DNA of 59,985 nucleotides, counting the filler. It is 9 parts of 9 records of this genome, joined end to end, with 100 filler letters (N's around TTAATTAATTAA, not from the genome) between each part and the next. Parts side by side here need not be neighbours in the genome. Positions count along the whole stretch, not along the records: positions 6,067 to 11,664 come from SRR31156797_51996; positions 11,765 to 20,303 come from SRR31156797_52034; 7 more parts are not named here. One strand, written 5' to 3'. The position numbers and the translations under genes are program-made. The notes below the pieces were generated by a model that did not search any database, was not told the DNA's origin, and saw nothing but the letters and a program-made list of their open reading frames with translations. Positions 9,686 through 18,745 of the stretch are shown here, piece by piece; position 1 is the stretch's first letter; each line of letters opens with the position of its first letter.

Positions 9686-11488
9686 ATGACCGATCTGGAC
9701 AAACTCAAGGAAAAAGCCTCGGCCATGCCGGCTTCACCCGGGGTCTATCTTATGAAAGACGCCCGCGGACGGGTTATTTACGTGGGCAAGGCCAAGTCCC
9801 TGCCCAAGCGCGTGACCACCTATTTCCAGAAAAACCATCCTTCGCCGCGCACGACCATAATGGTTTCCCAGGTCAGGGATGTGGACTATATTGTCACGGA
9901 CAATGAAAAAGAAGCGCTCATCCTGGAAAACAGCCTGATCAAGAAGCACAAACCCAGGTACAACGTAGTATTAAGAGACGACAAGACCTATCCTTCCTTA
10001 CGTCTTACTGTTCAGGAAGAGTATCCGCGCCTGGAAGTGGTCCGCAGGATAAAAAAGGACGGGGCCGTGTATTTCGGCCCGTTTACATCCGCCACGGCCA
10101 TGCGCCAGACTATCAGGGTTCTGCGGCGTTTGTTTCCCCTGCGTCAGTGCAGGCGCCCGGATGTCAGGGCCGTGGAAAGGCCCTGCCTGAACTACCAGGT
10201 GGGGCGCTGTTACGGGCCTTGCGGCGGACACATCAGTCCGGAAGATTACCGGGCCATGGTGGATGAGGTCATCCTTTTTTTCCAGGGCCGGAACAACAAG
10301 CTGACCGAATCTCTCAAAACAAGGATGAAAGAAGCTGCTGAAAACCTGGATTTTGAACTGGCGGCCAGGTACAGGGACCGGTTGGAAGATGTAAAAAAGA
10401 CCCTGGGCAGGCAGACTGTATTGTCCACCGACCTGAAGGACAAGGACGTTATCGGCCTGGCCCGCGACCGGGGGCAGGTATTGGCCCTGATTATGTTTAT
10501 CCGCCGGGGTGCGCTTCTCGGCAGCCGCGAGTTTCCTCTGGGGGGCGGCGACGACCCGGAAAAAATCGTTGAAGCCCTGATCGGCCAGTATTACAGCCGG
10601 GACAATTATATTCCGGATGAAATCCTGTCGCCTTTCAAGTTGGAGAATTCCGAGGTCATTGTTGAATGGCTCAATCAAAAAAGGGGAAAGTCGGTTCATT
10701 TGCCGGCGCCCCAAAGAGGGCCGAAAAAAAAGCTGATCGACATGGCCGCACATAATGCGGAAACAGCCCTGGCCGAACGTTTGCGGTCCGCCGAACTGGG
10801 CGGGGACGCCCTGGCCGAACTGAAGGAAAAACTCAGGCTGCCCAGGCTGCCGCGCAGGATAGAAGGCTTTGACATGGCCACGCTGCATGGGGATTCCGCA
10901 GCTGGGGCCATGGTTGTTCTGGAAGACGGGGATTGGAACAAGTCCGAATACCGGCGTTATAAAATCAAGGCCTCTTCCGGACGCGACGATTACGCCATGA
11001 TGTCCGAAGTGCTGGAACGGCGGCTGGTTAAGGAGGAACTGCCCACGCCCGACCTTATTCTGCTGGACGGGGGCAGGGGACAGTTAAGCGTGACCATGGC
11101 CGTGATTGAAGACCTGGGGCTTGAAGAACCGCCGCCCATTGCCGGCCTGGCCAAGGGGCGCAACCACGACCAGGACAAGGTTTATCTGCCCGGCAGAAAA
11201 AACCCGGTGGATTTCAAGGCAGATTCTCCGGCTCTCATGCTGCTCATGAGGATCAGGGATGAAGCCCACAGGTACGTGCGTACCTACCATCACCGGATGA
11301 GATCCAAAAAGAGTTCAAAATCCACCTTGGAAAACATTCCCGGAATTGGTCCGGAAAGAAGAAAAGTCCTGCTTAAGCATTTCGGATCCATGGAAGCCAT
11401 AAAAAAGGCGACGGTTGACGAACTGGCCGGAGTTAAGGGGATGACGCGCAAGGCGGCTATGGAGATAATTGAGTATTATAAGGAATGA
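9686..11488 (+). CDS. uvrC: Excinuclease ABC subunit C
   Basis: GIY-YIG (PGVYLM, IYVGKAK), Cys cluster, DGGRGQ, IRDEAHR, C-terminal HhH. Confidence 0.98.
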   Translation: MTDLDKLKEKASAMPASPGVYLMKDARGRVIYVGKAKSLPKRVTTYFQKNHPSPRTTIMVSQVRDVDYIVTDNEKEALILENSLIKKHKPRYNVVLRDDKTYPSLRLTVQEEYPRLEVVRRIKKDGAVYFGPFTSATAMRQTIRVLRRLFPLRQCRRPDVRAVERPCLNYQVGRCYGPCGGHISPEDYRAMVDEVILFFQGRNNKLTESLKTRMKEAAENLDFELAARYRDRLEDVKKTLGRQTVLSTDLKDKDVIGLARDRGQVLALIMFIRRGALLGSREFPLGGGDDPEKIVEALIGQYYSRDNYIPDEILSPFKLENSEVIVEWLNQKRGKSVHLPAPQRGPKKKLIDMAAHNAETALAERLRSAELGGDALAELKEKLRLPRLPRRIEGFDMATLHGDSAAGAMVVLEDGDWNKSEYRRYKIKASSGRDDYAMMSEVLERRLVKEELPTPDLILLDGGRGQLSVTMAVIEDLGLEEPPPIAGLAKGRNHDQDKVYLPGRKNPVDFKADSPALMLLMRIRDEAHRYVRTYHHRMRSKKSSKSTLENIPGIGPERRKVLLKHFGSMEAIKKATVDELAGVKGMTRKAAMEIIEYYKE

Positions 11489-11646
11489 ATGCTTGTGTTC
11501 CTGGGCGGAGAGCTGGCCATCATTTCTCAAGGGCAAACACCTAAACGGTTTTAAAAGCATCCAAAGATGCAAATGTCACTGCGAGCGGCTCACAGGACGA
11601 AAACGCCCTGTAATTTTATCATAGGACAAATGATGGCAAACTGACT

Positions 11647-11664
11647 GTAGGGGCGGTTCGCGAA
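11647..11664 (+). repeat. GTAG-type REP element, truncated at contig end
   Basis: GTAGGGGCGGTTCGCGAA is the left arm and loop of a GTAG-headed palindrome. Confidence 0.6.
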
Positions 11665-11799
11665 NNNNNNNNNNNNNNNNNNNNNNNNNNNNNNNNNNNN
11701 NNNNNNNNTTAATTAATTAANNNNNNNNNNNNNNNNNNNNNNNNNNNNNNNNNNNNNNNNNNNNCGGAAGAAGCCGTAAGGGTACCAGGAAGGAGGAAG

Positions 11800-12879
11800 A
11801 TGATAATGAACATGAACCGACGTGCATTTCTCAAGGCCACCGGTACCGGTTTAATGGCCTCCGCTTTTCCCATGAGCCTGGTGAAACTGGCCTTTGGGGG
11901 CCAGGACCCTTCCCGGGACTTTACATTCGGATATATTTCCGACGCCCACATCCAGCAGATCAAGGGAACCCGGTTTGTTCGCAACTGGGATATGGGTCTC
12001 ATTCGTGCCGTTCGTGAGGCCAACCTGCTGACACCCCGCCCGGACTTTTTCATGTTCGGCGGTGATTTGGCGCAACTGGGCAAGAAGGAAGAACTGGATC
12101 ATGGCCTGGAGATCATGAGCAATCTGCGGGGAAAAGTCCGCCATGTGATCGGGGAACATGACTACTACCTGGATCTGGGGGCATACTGGCAGGAGAAGAT
12201 CTCTCCCCTCTATTACAGCTTTGATCACAAAGGGGTTCACTTTGTTGTTTTAAACAGCATTCTCACTTATGATAAGTGGACTTACGAAAAGTGGTCCACT
12301 CCCATGGACCGTATGCTGGCCATGGCGAGGCTGGACAACCCCGACGGTTCCCCCTTTATGGTGGGGGATAAACAATTAACCTGGTTGAAAAAAGACCTTT
12401 CGGAAATCGACCGGAACACGCCTGTTCTGGTATTTTCCCATTCGCCCCTTCAGAAGATCTTTAAGCCATGGAACTTCTGGACCCAGGATGCGGAAAAAGT
12501 TCAAGCCCTGCTGAAACCCTTTGAAAAGGCAACCGTGATTTACGGCCATGTTCACCAGATCCAGTATAACCAGATCGGTAATATCACCTTTCAGGCCGCC
12601 ATGGCAACCGCCTGGCCCTGGCCGTACCCCGAGGCCTATTCCCAACTGGCCAGCTGCCTTCCCAAACTGACGGTCCCCATGAACCGGGCGGATCCGTTTT
12701 TTGAGCGGGATGCCACGGGATGGCAATTTGTGGACATGCATAGCGGTAAGACGGCCATGCACTACCAGTTACCCGACAATCGAAACCGCACCGTTGCCTT
12801 TGATACCGCCACCGGCAAACCGAGGGATTTGGAATATCAGGATTACGGTAAGCGGATTCCGCCCCAAACCCATTTTTGA
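11800..12879 (+). CDS. Tat-exported calcineurin-like metallophosphoesterase
   Basis: NRRAFLK twin-arginine signal; SDAH, GGDL, GEHD, SH and GHVH metal-binding motifs. Confidence 0.85.
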   Translation: MIMNMNRRAFLKATGTGLMASAFPMSLVKLAFGGQDPSRDFTFGYISDAHIQQIKGTRFVRNWDMGLIRAVREANLLTPRPDFFMFGGDLAQLGKKEELDHGLEIMSNLRGKVRHVIGEHDYYLDLGAYWQEKISPLYYSFDHKGVHFVVLNSILTYDKWTYEKWSTPMDRMLAMARLDNPDGSPFMVGDKQLTWLKKDLSEIDRNTPVLVFSHSPLQKIFKPWNFWTQDAEKVQALLKPFEKATVIYGHVHQIQYNQIGNITFQAAMATAWPWPYPEAYSQLASCLPKLTVPMNRADPFFERDATGWQFVDMHSGKTAMHYQLPDNRNRTVAFDTATGKPRDLEYQDYGKRIPPQTHF

Positions 12880-12898
12880 AATTGCAAGGAGCGTTTAG

Positions 12899-13321
12899 AT
12901 GAAAAAGAACAGATTTTTCACGAGTGCCTGTGTGGCTGGCCTGGTCAGTTTGGGTTTTCTGGCAATCTCCTTCTCCACCCGGGCGGACGACTTCACTGAA
13001 AAGGATTTACAGCGATGGAACCGGGAGTTCATGAGTGTGGTCATGGAAGGTGAGAAGCTCTTTCACAGTCCGGAGCTTGGAACCAACAAGGTCTCCTGCG
13101 ATCAGTGTCATCCCAACGCCGCCAACACCCATCCGGAGACCTATCCCAAATTTCAGCAGCAGCTCGGTCGCGTCATCACCCTTGCCGAAATGGTCAACTG
13201 GTGTATCCAGCAACCTCTTGAGGGGCAAGCGTTGTCCCTGGATGACCCGAAAATGGTGGCACTGCTGTCCTATATGACCTATGAGCGGCGTAGTGTGCCG
13301 TTGGCACCGGGAAAACACTGA
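12899..13321 (+). CDS. Periplasmic monoheme cytochrome c, SoxA/TsdA-like domain
   Basis: Signal peptide; CDQCH; TYPKF...VITLAEMVNWCI...G..L..DDPKMVALLSY. Confidence 0.8.
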   Translation: MKKNRFFTSACVAGLVSLGFLAISFSTRADDFTEKDLQRWNREFMSVVMEGEKLFHSPELGTNKVSCDQCHPNAANTHPETYPKFQQQLGRVITLAEMVNWCIQQPLEGQALSLDDPKMVALLSYMTYERRSVPLAPGKH

Positions 13322-13401
13322 TATTTGGGAGCGCCGTGTGAAATTGGTTTATTGTATCCGTGTGGGAGCGGGTGATGCCTCTGGCCCTTATGGGCAACGG
13401 G

Positions 13402-15609
13402 TCATCCCCCGCAACCCAAAGTCGGATCCTGAACCGCTATCCCTCTCCGTTTCCGTTTCTTTTTTTTGATTTGACACAATAAGGTCTTGTAGGTTGGGAA
13501 CCCCGAGATTTCGTCGAATTGCTCAAAATCCGTTAATGTATTGACATTGGCCTGTTTCCACCCTTCCGTGCCCAAAGGGCCGCCGCCCCCCACCGGCGCG
13601 TAAACGAATCCCTTCATGATTTTATCGGTCACAAAGGCCTGCATGGTCACCGAGCCTCTGGCGGTTTTTATGACGACCCCATCGCCGGTCTTGATTTTTC
13701 GTTCTTCCGCGTCGGCGGTGTTCATTTGAACCGTCGGGACGGGTAGATTTTTCATGAAACCGGGTACGCCCCGGAGGCATGATTTCATGTCCGGCTTAAA
13801 CGGACCCGTTCCCAGAATCAACGGAAATCTTTTGAATAACTTGGGGTTACCGATGGGGGTTTCATCCGATTCCTTATATTTGGGGATGCCGTCATAACCG
13901 TATTCTTCAAGAATCGTGCTTTTGATCTCAAATTTGCCGGAGGGCGTTTCAAAACCGGGGTTCCCGTCACGCCTCAGCAGCCCCTTTTCCCATTTCCTTT
14001 CTGTTAGGCCCGTAACCGGCTTTTTCAGTACGTGTTTATGGGCGTTCATCAAATCATCAAAGGTGAAACCCGAATCGCCCAGAATGTATTCAAGAAGTTC
14101 TTTCCGGTCCCGGGGAAAGAGGTGCCCATACCCGAGGCGCTCGGCCAATTCCCTTAAAATATCATAATTGGGCCTGGCTTCACCCACAGGTTCGATCATT
14201 TTTTCCCTGAGCCGTATGGACCCGCCGTAATAGCAATAGGATTCCTGTTCAAAGGCGGTTGTGGCAGGCAGTACGATGTCCGCAAAAGCGGCGTCCGCCG
14301 TCAGTTGCAGATTGATGGTGACCAGAAATTCCAATTGGCCCAATGCCTTTTTCCAAAGATCCGGATCGGGCCAGCAGGTAATGAGGGAAGCGCCCAGAAC
14401 GAACATCCCCCTGATTTTATAGGGGTCTCCATGGATCATGGATTTGGGGAGAAGCGTTGCATGGGGCTCTCCCCCGCAATAATGGGAGTAAACGGGAAAT
14501 TTGCCTGCGCCGATGGATTTATCAAATCCGGGGGTTTCAAGCTGCCTGTTTACGGCCAGGGGAAAAATACTGTTTCGATCCAGAAAACAGCGTCCGCCCT
14601 CCACATCCAGCTGCCCCGCCAATGCCCACAACACCATGACGGCCCGTATGTTTTGAACACCGCTTTTGGTATACTCCAGACCCGTGTACATGATATAACT
14701 GGCGCCTTCGGCATCGGCTATGCTCTCCGCCAGAAGTTCAATGCGATCTTCATCAATCCCCGTTACGGTCGACACATACCCGGGTGTGAAATCCTCCACA
14801 TACCCTTTGAACTCGTCAAAGCCCAATGTCCAGTCTCGAACGAAGGTTTCATCATACAGTTCGTCCCGGATGAGGATATGGCAAAGCCCCAGCGCCAGTG
14901 CCCCATCGGATCCGGGCCTGATGGGGATCCATTCGCTCCCTTCCAACCCCGCGGATCTTGTTTTTCGGGGATCGATAACGATAATTTCAGCCCCTTCCTC
15001 CGAAGCCCTTTTCAAACGTTGAAACATCTCCGGCGGCGTGGAGGTGGACGGATCGGTGCCCCATACCAATATGAGATCCGAATTATCGATGTCGGAAAAC
15101 ATGTCGATGTGCAGGCAACCCATTGTCAGCTTGGGTGCCAGCACGCCCAATGACGTGTAACAGGGGGACCCCACGCCGAAGGTATTGGGAGAACCGAAAG
15201 GAAACAGTATGCTGGGCGAGAGATATATTTCCGATCCTTTCAATTGATATATGTCTTTGAAAGATCGTTCATATGAGCCGGTTCCCGTGTAAAAGCCGAC
15301 TGTTTCCGGTCCATGGGTCTCTTTCAGCTTATTTAAGTTGTCGATGATGGTGTCGAAGGCTTCATCCCAGGAAATCTCTTCAAATTCAAAGGTGCCTTTG
15401 GGTCCGACGCGCTTTAACGGATGTTTCAACCTGCTTTCCGAATAGACGATCTCCTTTACGCTGCCGGCAATGGGGCACAAAACGCTGCCGGCGGGGACAT
15501 CAGGGTCCGGCTCCAGCCGGTCAATTTTGCCTTGTTCATCAAAATGTACAATAGCGCCGCATCCGGGGCTGTGAAAACAGATGCCGCAAACGCCATATTT
15601 TTTGCTCAA
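13402..15609 (-). CDS. Cytoplasmic molybdopterin (Mo/W-bisPGD) oxidoreductase, acetylene-hydratase-like clade
   Basis: N-terminal CGIC...C...C Fe-S motif, RLKHPLKRVG, PIRPGSDGALALG, ADIVLPA, TPSGKFEI; no Tat signal; GGAGG upstream of TTG start. Confidence 0.85.
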   Translation of the reverse strand: MSKKYGVCGICFHSPGCGAIVHFDEQGKIDRLEPDPDVPAGSVLCPIAGSVKEIVYSESRLKHPLKRVGPKGTFEFEEISWDEAFDTIIDNLNKLKETHGPETVGFYTGTGSYERSFKDIYQLKGSEIYLSPSILFPFGSPNTFGVGSPCYTSLGVLAPKLTMGCLHIDMFSDIDNSDLILVWGTDPSTSTPPEMFQRLKRASEEGAEIIVIDPRKTRSAGLEGSEWIPIRPGSDGALALGLCHILIRDELYDETFVRDWTLGFDEFKGYVEDFTPGYVSTVTGIDEDRIELLAESIADAEGASYIMYTGLEYTKSGVQNIRAVMVLWALAGQLDVEGGRCFLDRNSIFPLAVNRQLETPGFDKSIGAGKFPVYSHYCGGEPHATLLPKSMIHGDPYKIRGMFVLGASLITCWPDPDLWKKALGQLEFLVTINLQLTADAAFADIVLPATTAFEQESYCYYGGSIRLREKMIEPVGEARPNYDILRELAERLGYGHLFPRDRKELLEYILGDSGFTFDDLMNAHKHVLKKPVTGLTERKWEKGLLRRDGNPGFETPSGKFEIKSTILEEYGYDGIPKYKESDETPIGNPKLFKRFPLILGTGPFKPDMKSCLRGVPGFMKNLPVPTVQMNTADAEERKIKTGDGVVIKTARGSVTMQAFVTDKIMKGFVYAPVGGGGPLGTEGWKQANVNTLTDFEQFDEISGFPTYKTLLCQIKKKKRKRRGIAVQDPTLGCGG

Positions 15610-15905
15610 AATCTATGCCTCCAAAAAAATAGCTTGACCTGAGGTTCCCCCCACGTCATCCAGTGACAACATTTCTTTTTGCCGTTTAAGAGCATGGCCA
15701 ACCTATCAAACAAATCAGACACTCCGCCTTTTGTCAATAATTATGAAGACGGTCTTCTTAATCCGCTCCTGATGGGAAATCATCAGCCGCAGGCCCCCCT
15801 AAAAAGGGGGAGCAGCGGTTTGGGGTGAAAACAGATTGCTTTTTGAGGCCTTTTTATTTAGCCTGCAACGGTTTTTCGTAAGTTCAATCATAATGATGGT
15901 TAGGA

Positions 15906-16616
15906 GTGGTCGATAAAATTATGAAAGAAGAAACCGACAAGATTACCGATGATGGTTATGAAGATTTTTTAGAGAGCGTCACCCGGTCCGCTCAAAAGAG
16001 TAAGGAAGGGGCCACCAGGAAAGGTCTTGATCAGAGCGACTTTGAAGAAGAGATCTTCCCGGAAATGGGAGTCCGGATCAAAAAAGCGAGGGAGAGTCGT
16101 GGCCTGAGTCTTTTTGATGTCTACCTTCGGACCGATATTGATGTCAATACGCTCTCTCAAATCGAAGAGGGAAACATTACGCCACCCCTGGGGACCGTCA
16201 TTAAACTCGCCAAGGCCCTGGACCTGAAGATGGGATATTTAATATCCGGTGAAGCGGAAAAGAGTTACACCATCGTGCGCCGGGATGACCGGGAAAAGGC
16301 TTCCCGATATGACGCAAAAAAGGAAAAAGAGTACGGGTACGGTTATGAATCCCTCGCCCCCCATAAAACCAACAGAGAAATGGAACCGTTTCTGGTAACC
16401 CTTGAACCGTCCGGCACCGAAGAAGAGAGATCATCCCATGACGGTCAGGAATTCATTTTTGTTCTTCATGGGAAGATGGAGGTGCGCCTTGGGGAGAAAA
16501 TTCATATCCTCCAACCGGGTGACAGCATCTACTACGATTCCACTGTGCCCCATCTGGTAAAGTGCCACGATAAAGAGGCCACCAAAATTCTCGCCGTCCT
16601 CTATGCCGGCAAATAA
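15906..16616 (+). CDS. XRE-family HTH plus cupin transcriptional regulator
   Basis: RIKKARESRGLSL...LSQIEEG..PPLGT HTH; MEPF, HDGQEFIFV, GDSIYYDS.VPH cupin; start could be 15921. Confidence 0.9.
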   Translation: MVDKIMKEETDKITDDGYEDFLESVTRSAQKSKEGATRKGLDQSDFEEEIFPEMGVRIKKARESRGLSLFDVYLRTDIDVNTLSQIEEGNITPPLGTVIKLAKALDLKMGYLISGEAEKSYTIVRRDDREKASRYDAKKEKEYGYGYESLAPHKTNREMEPFLVTLEPSGTEEERSSHDGQEFIFVLHGKMEVRLGEKIHILQPGDSIYYDSTVPHLVKCHDKEATKILAVLYAGK

Positions 16617-16697
16617 TGACACCTTTTCCAGTGGATGACGTTGCCGGCAACCTCTTAAAATGAACCGTATTCATAAAGCTAAGGAAGAATCAGCAAC

Positions 16698-17852
16698 ATG
16701 ACATTATGTTACCAGATGGATGATAAGTTTGAGATGATCCGTATGGCGGTCAGGGAATTCGCGGAAAGCGAAATCAAACCCGTGGCCGGGGAATTGGAAG
16801 ACAAGGAAGAATTTTCCGTATCATTGACCCGGCAGATGGGTGATATCGGTCTGTTCGGCATGACCGTTCCGGAAGCGTACGGGGGGCAGGGGCTCGATTA
16901 TATCTCCTATATCATCGCCGTGGAGGAGGTCGCCCGCATCGACGGTTCACAGGCCGCTACCCTCGCGGCGGGGAACTCCCTGGGCATCAGCCCCATCGCA
17001 GCATTCGGCTCGGAAGCCCAAAAAAGAAAATATCTTCCCGATCTCTGCCGGGGAAGAACCCTCATGGGGTTCGGGCTCACGGAACCAAACGCCGGTTCCG
17101 ATGCGGGCGCCACCCACACCACCGCAACGAGGGACGGAGATTCGTGGATCATCAACGGCAGAAAGACGCTGACAACAAATGCCCATACGCCCATGACCAA
17201 AGGATCCATCGTTCAGGCGGTGACCGGCACCAGACCCAACGGAAAGACGGATTACACTTGTCTTGTGGTGGAGAACGGAACGCCGGGCTTCACCCTGAAT
17301 ACGCTCAAGCGAAAACTCATGTGGAGAGGTTCCAATACGGCGGAACTCTTTTTAAACAACTGCCGTGTTCCGCACCATGCCGTTTTGGGGAATCCGGGGG
17401 ACGGGTTCAAACAGATGCTCGCAACCCTCGACGGAGGCCGCCTTTCCATCGGGGCCATGGGACTGGGTTGCGCCCAGGGTGCCCATGAAGCGGCGCTCCG
17501 TTACGCCAAGGAACGGGTCCAGTTCGGAAAACCCATTAGCAAGCAACAGGCCATTAGCTTCAAGCTGGCGGACATGGCATTGAAGATCGAATTGGCGAGA
17601 AATATGTTGTACAAGGCCTGCTGGCTGGCCGAAAACAAACGCCCCTACGGCAAGGAATCCGCCATGGCCAAACTCTATTGCAGTGAAATCGCAAGGGAGG
17701 TGGCTGATGAGGCCGTTCAGGTCCATGGGGGATACGGCCTGTTCAAGGATTATGATGTGGAACGCTTTTACCGGGATCAGAGGCTCCTGCAGATCGGTGA
17801 AGGAACGTCCGAGGTCCTCCGGATCGTGATTTCGCGGGCCATCGGGTGCTAG
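16698..17852 (+). CDS. Acyl-CoA dehydrogenase
   Basis: FGLTEPNAGSDAG, LDGGR, RVQFGKPI, QVHGGYG, IGEGTSEV. Confidence 0.95.
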   Translation: MTLCYQMDDKFEMIRMAVREFAESEIKPVAGELEDKEEFSVSLTRQMGDIGLFGMTVPEAYGGQGLDYISYIIAVEEVARIDGSQAATLAAGNSLGISPIAAFGSEAQKRKYLPDLCRGRTLMGFGLTEPNAGSDAGATHTTATRDGDSWIINGRKTLTTNAHTPMTKGSIVQAVTGTRPNGKTDYTCLVVENGTPGFTLNTLKRKLMWRGSNTAELFLNNCRVPHHAVLGNPGDGFKQMLATLDGGRLSIGAMGLGCAQGAHEAALRYAKERVQFGKPISKQQAISFKLADMALKIELARNMLYKACWLAENKRPYGKESAMAKLYCSEIAREVADEAVQVHGGYGLFKDYDVERFYRDQRLLQIGEGTSEVLRIVISRAIGC

Positions 17853-17895
17853 GCATTACGGTCGCTATGAAACCGTGATCATTTGAGGTTATTAA

Positions 17896-18690
17896 ATGAA
17901 GATAATTGTAACAGTCAAACAGGTTCCGGATACCAACGAAGTGAAAATCGACCCGAAGACCGGTACGCTGATTCGGGAGGGTGTCCCCGGTATCATCAAT
18001 CCTGAAGATAAAAATGCCATAGAGGCGGCGCTCAGGATAAAAGAAGAGAACGATGATGTGACGGTAACGGTTTTGTCCATGGGGCCTCCCCAGGCCGAAA
18101 TCGCCTTGAGAGAAGCGCTGGCCATGGGTGTAGACAAGGCGATTCTTGTGAGCGACAGGGCATTTGCCGGCGCCGATACCCTTGCAACCAGCTACATGCT
18201 TTCGAGGGCCATCAAAAAAATAAAAAAATACGACCTCATTATCTGCGGAAGACAGGCCATCGATGGCGATACCGCCCAGGTCGGCCCGCAGCTGGCCGAA
18301 GGGTTGAACCTCCCGCAGGCCACCTATGTGGAGGAAATCGCCCTTTCGGGAGATGTGGTGACGGTTAAGAGCCGTTTCGATAACATCATGAGGACAATGG
18401 AAATGAAAATGCCCGCATTGATCACGGTCTCCAACAGGGCCAACAGGCCCCGGTTCAAGACCATGAACTGGGTACTGCGGGCATTCCGGGACAAGGAAGT
18501 CATTACCTGGACAAAGGACCATTTGAAACTGAATCCCATGCGGATCGGCATCAACGGGTCACCCACGTGGGTCAGGAAGACCTTCGTTCCCAGTCACAGC
18601 CGTGCGGGGCTGATGATCGAAAAGAGACCGGCGGAGAGTGCGGAGGATATCCTCCATTATATTTTGGAGAAGGCCCTTCTCAAGTTGTAA
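17896..18690 (+). CDS. etfB: Electron transfer flavoprotein beta subunit
   Basis: KQVPDT, FAGADTLATS, GRQAIDGDTAQVGPQ. Confidence 0.95.
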   Translation: MKIIVTVKQVPDTNEVKIDPKTGTLIREGVPGIINPEDKNAIEAALRIKEENDDVTVTVLSMGPPQAEIALREALAMGVDKAILVSDRAFAGADTLATSYMLSRAIKKIKKYDLIICGRQAIDGDTAQVGPQLAEGLNLPQATYVEEIALSGDVVTVKSRFDNIMRTMEMKMPALITVSNRANRPRFKTMNWVLRAFRDKEVITWTKDHLKLNPMRIGINGSPTWVRKTFVPSHSRAGLMIEKRPAESAEDILHYILEKALLKL

Positions 18691-18745
18691 GCTTATAAAA
18701 TGTAAAACCGCTCAGCGATGAGCCGGTAGCGATAAAGGATCGGTT

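Noticed and set aside
13300-13404. Selenocysteine readthrough of the TGA after GCGG in the Mo enzyme
   Set aside because: No convincing SECIS hairpin follows the TGA, and the extension would run antisense into the convergent cytochrome gene.
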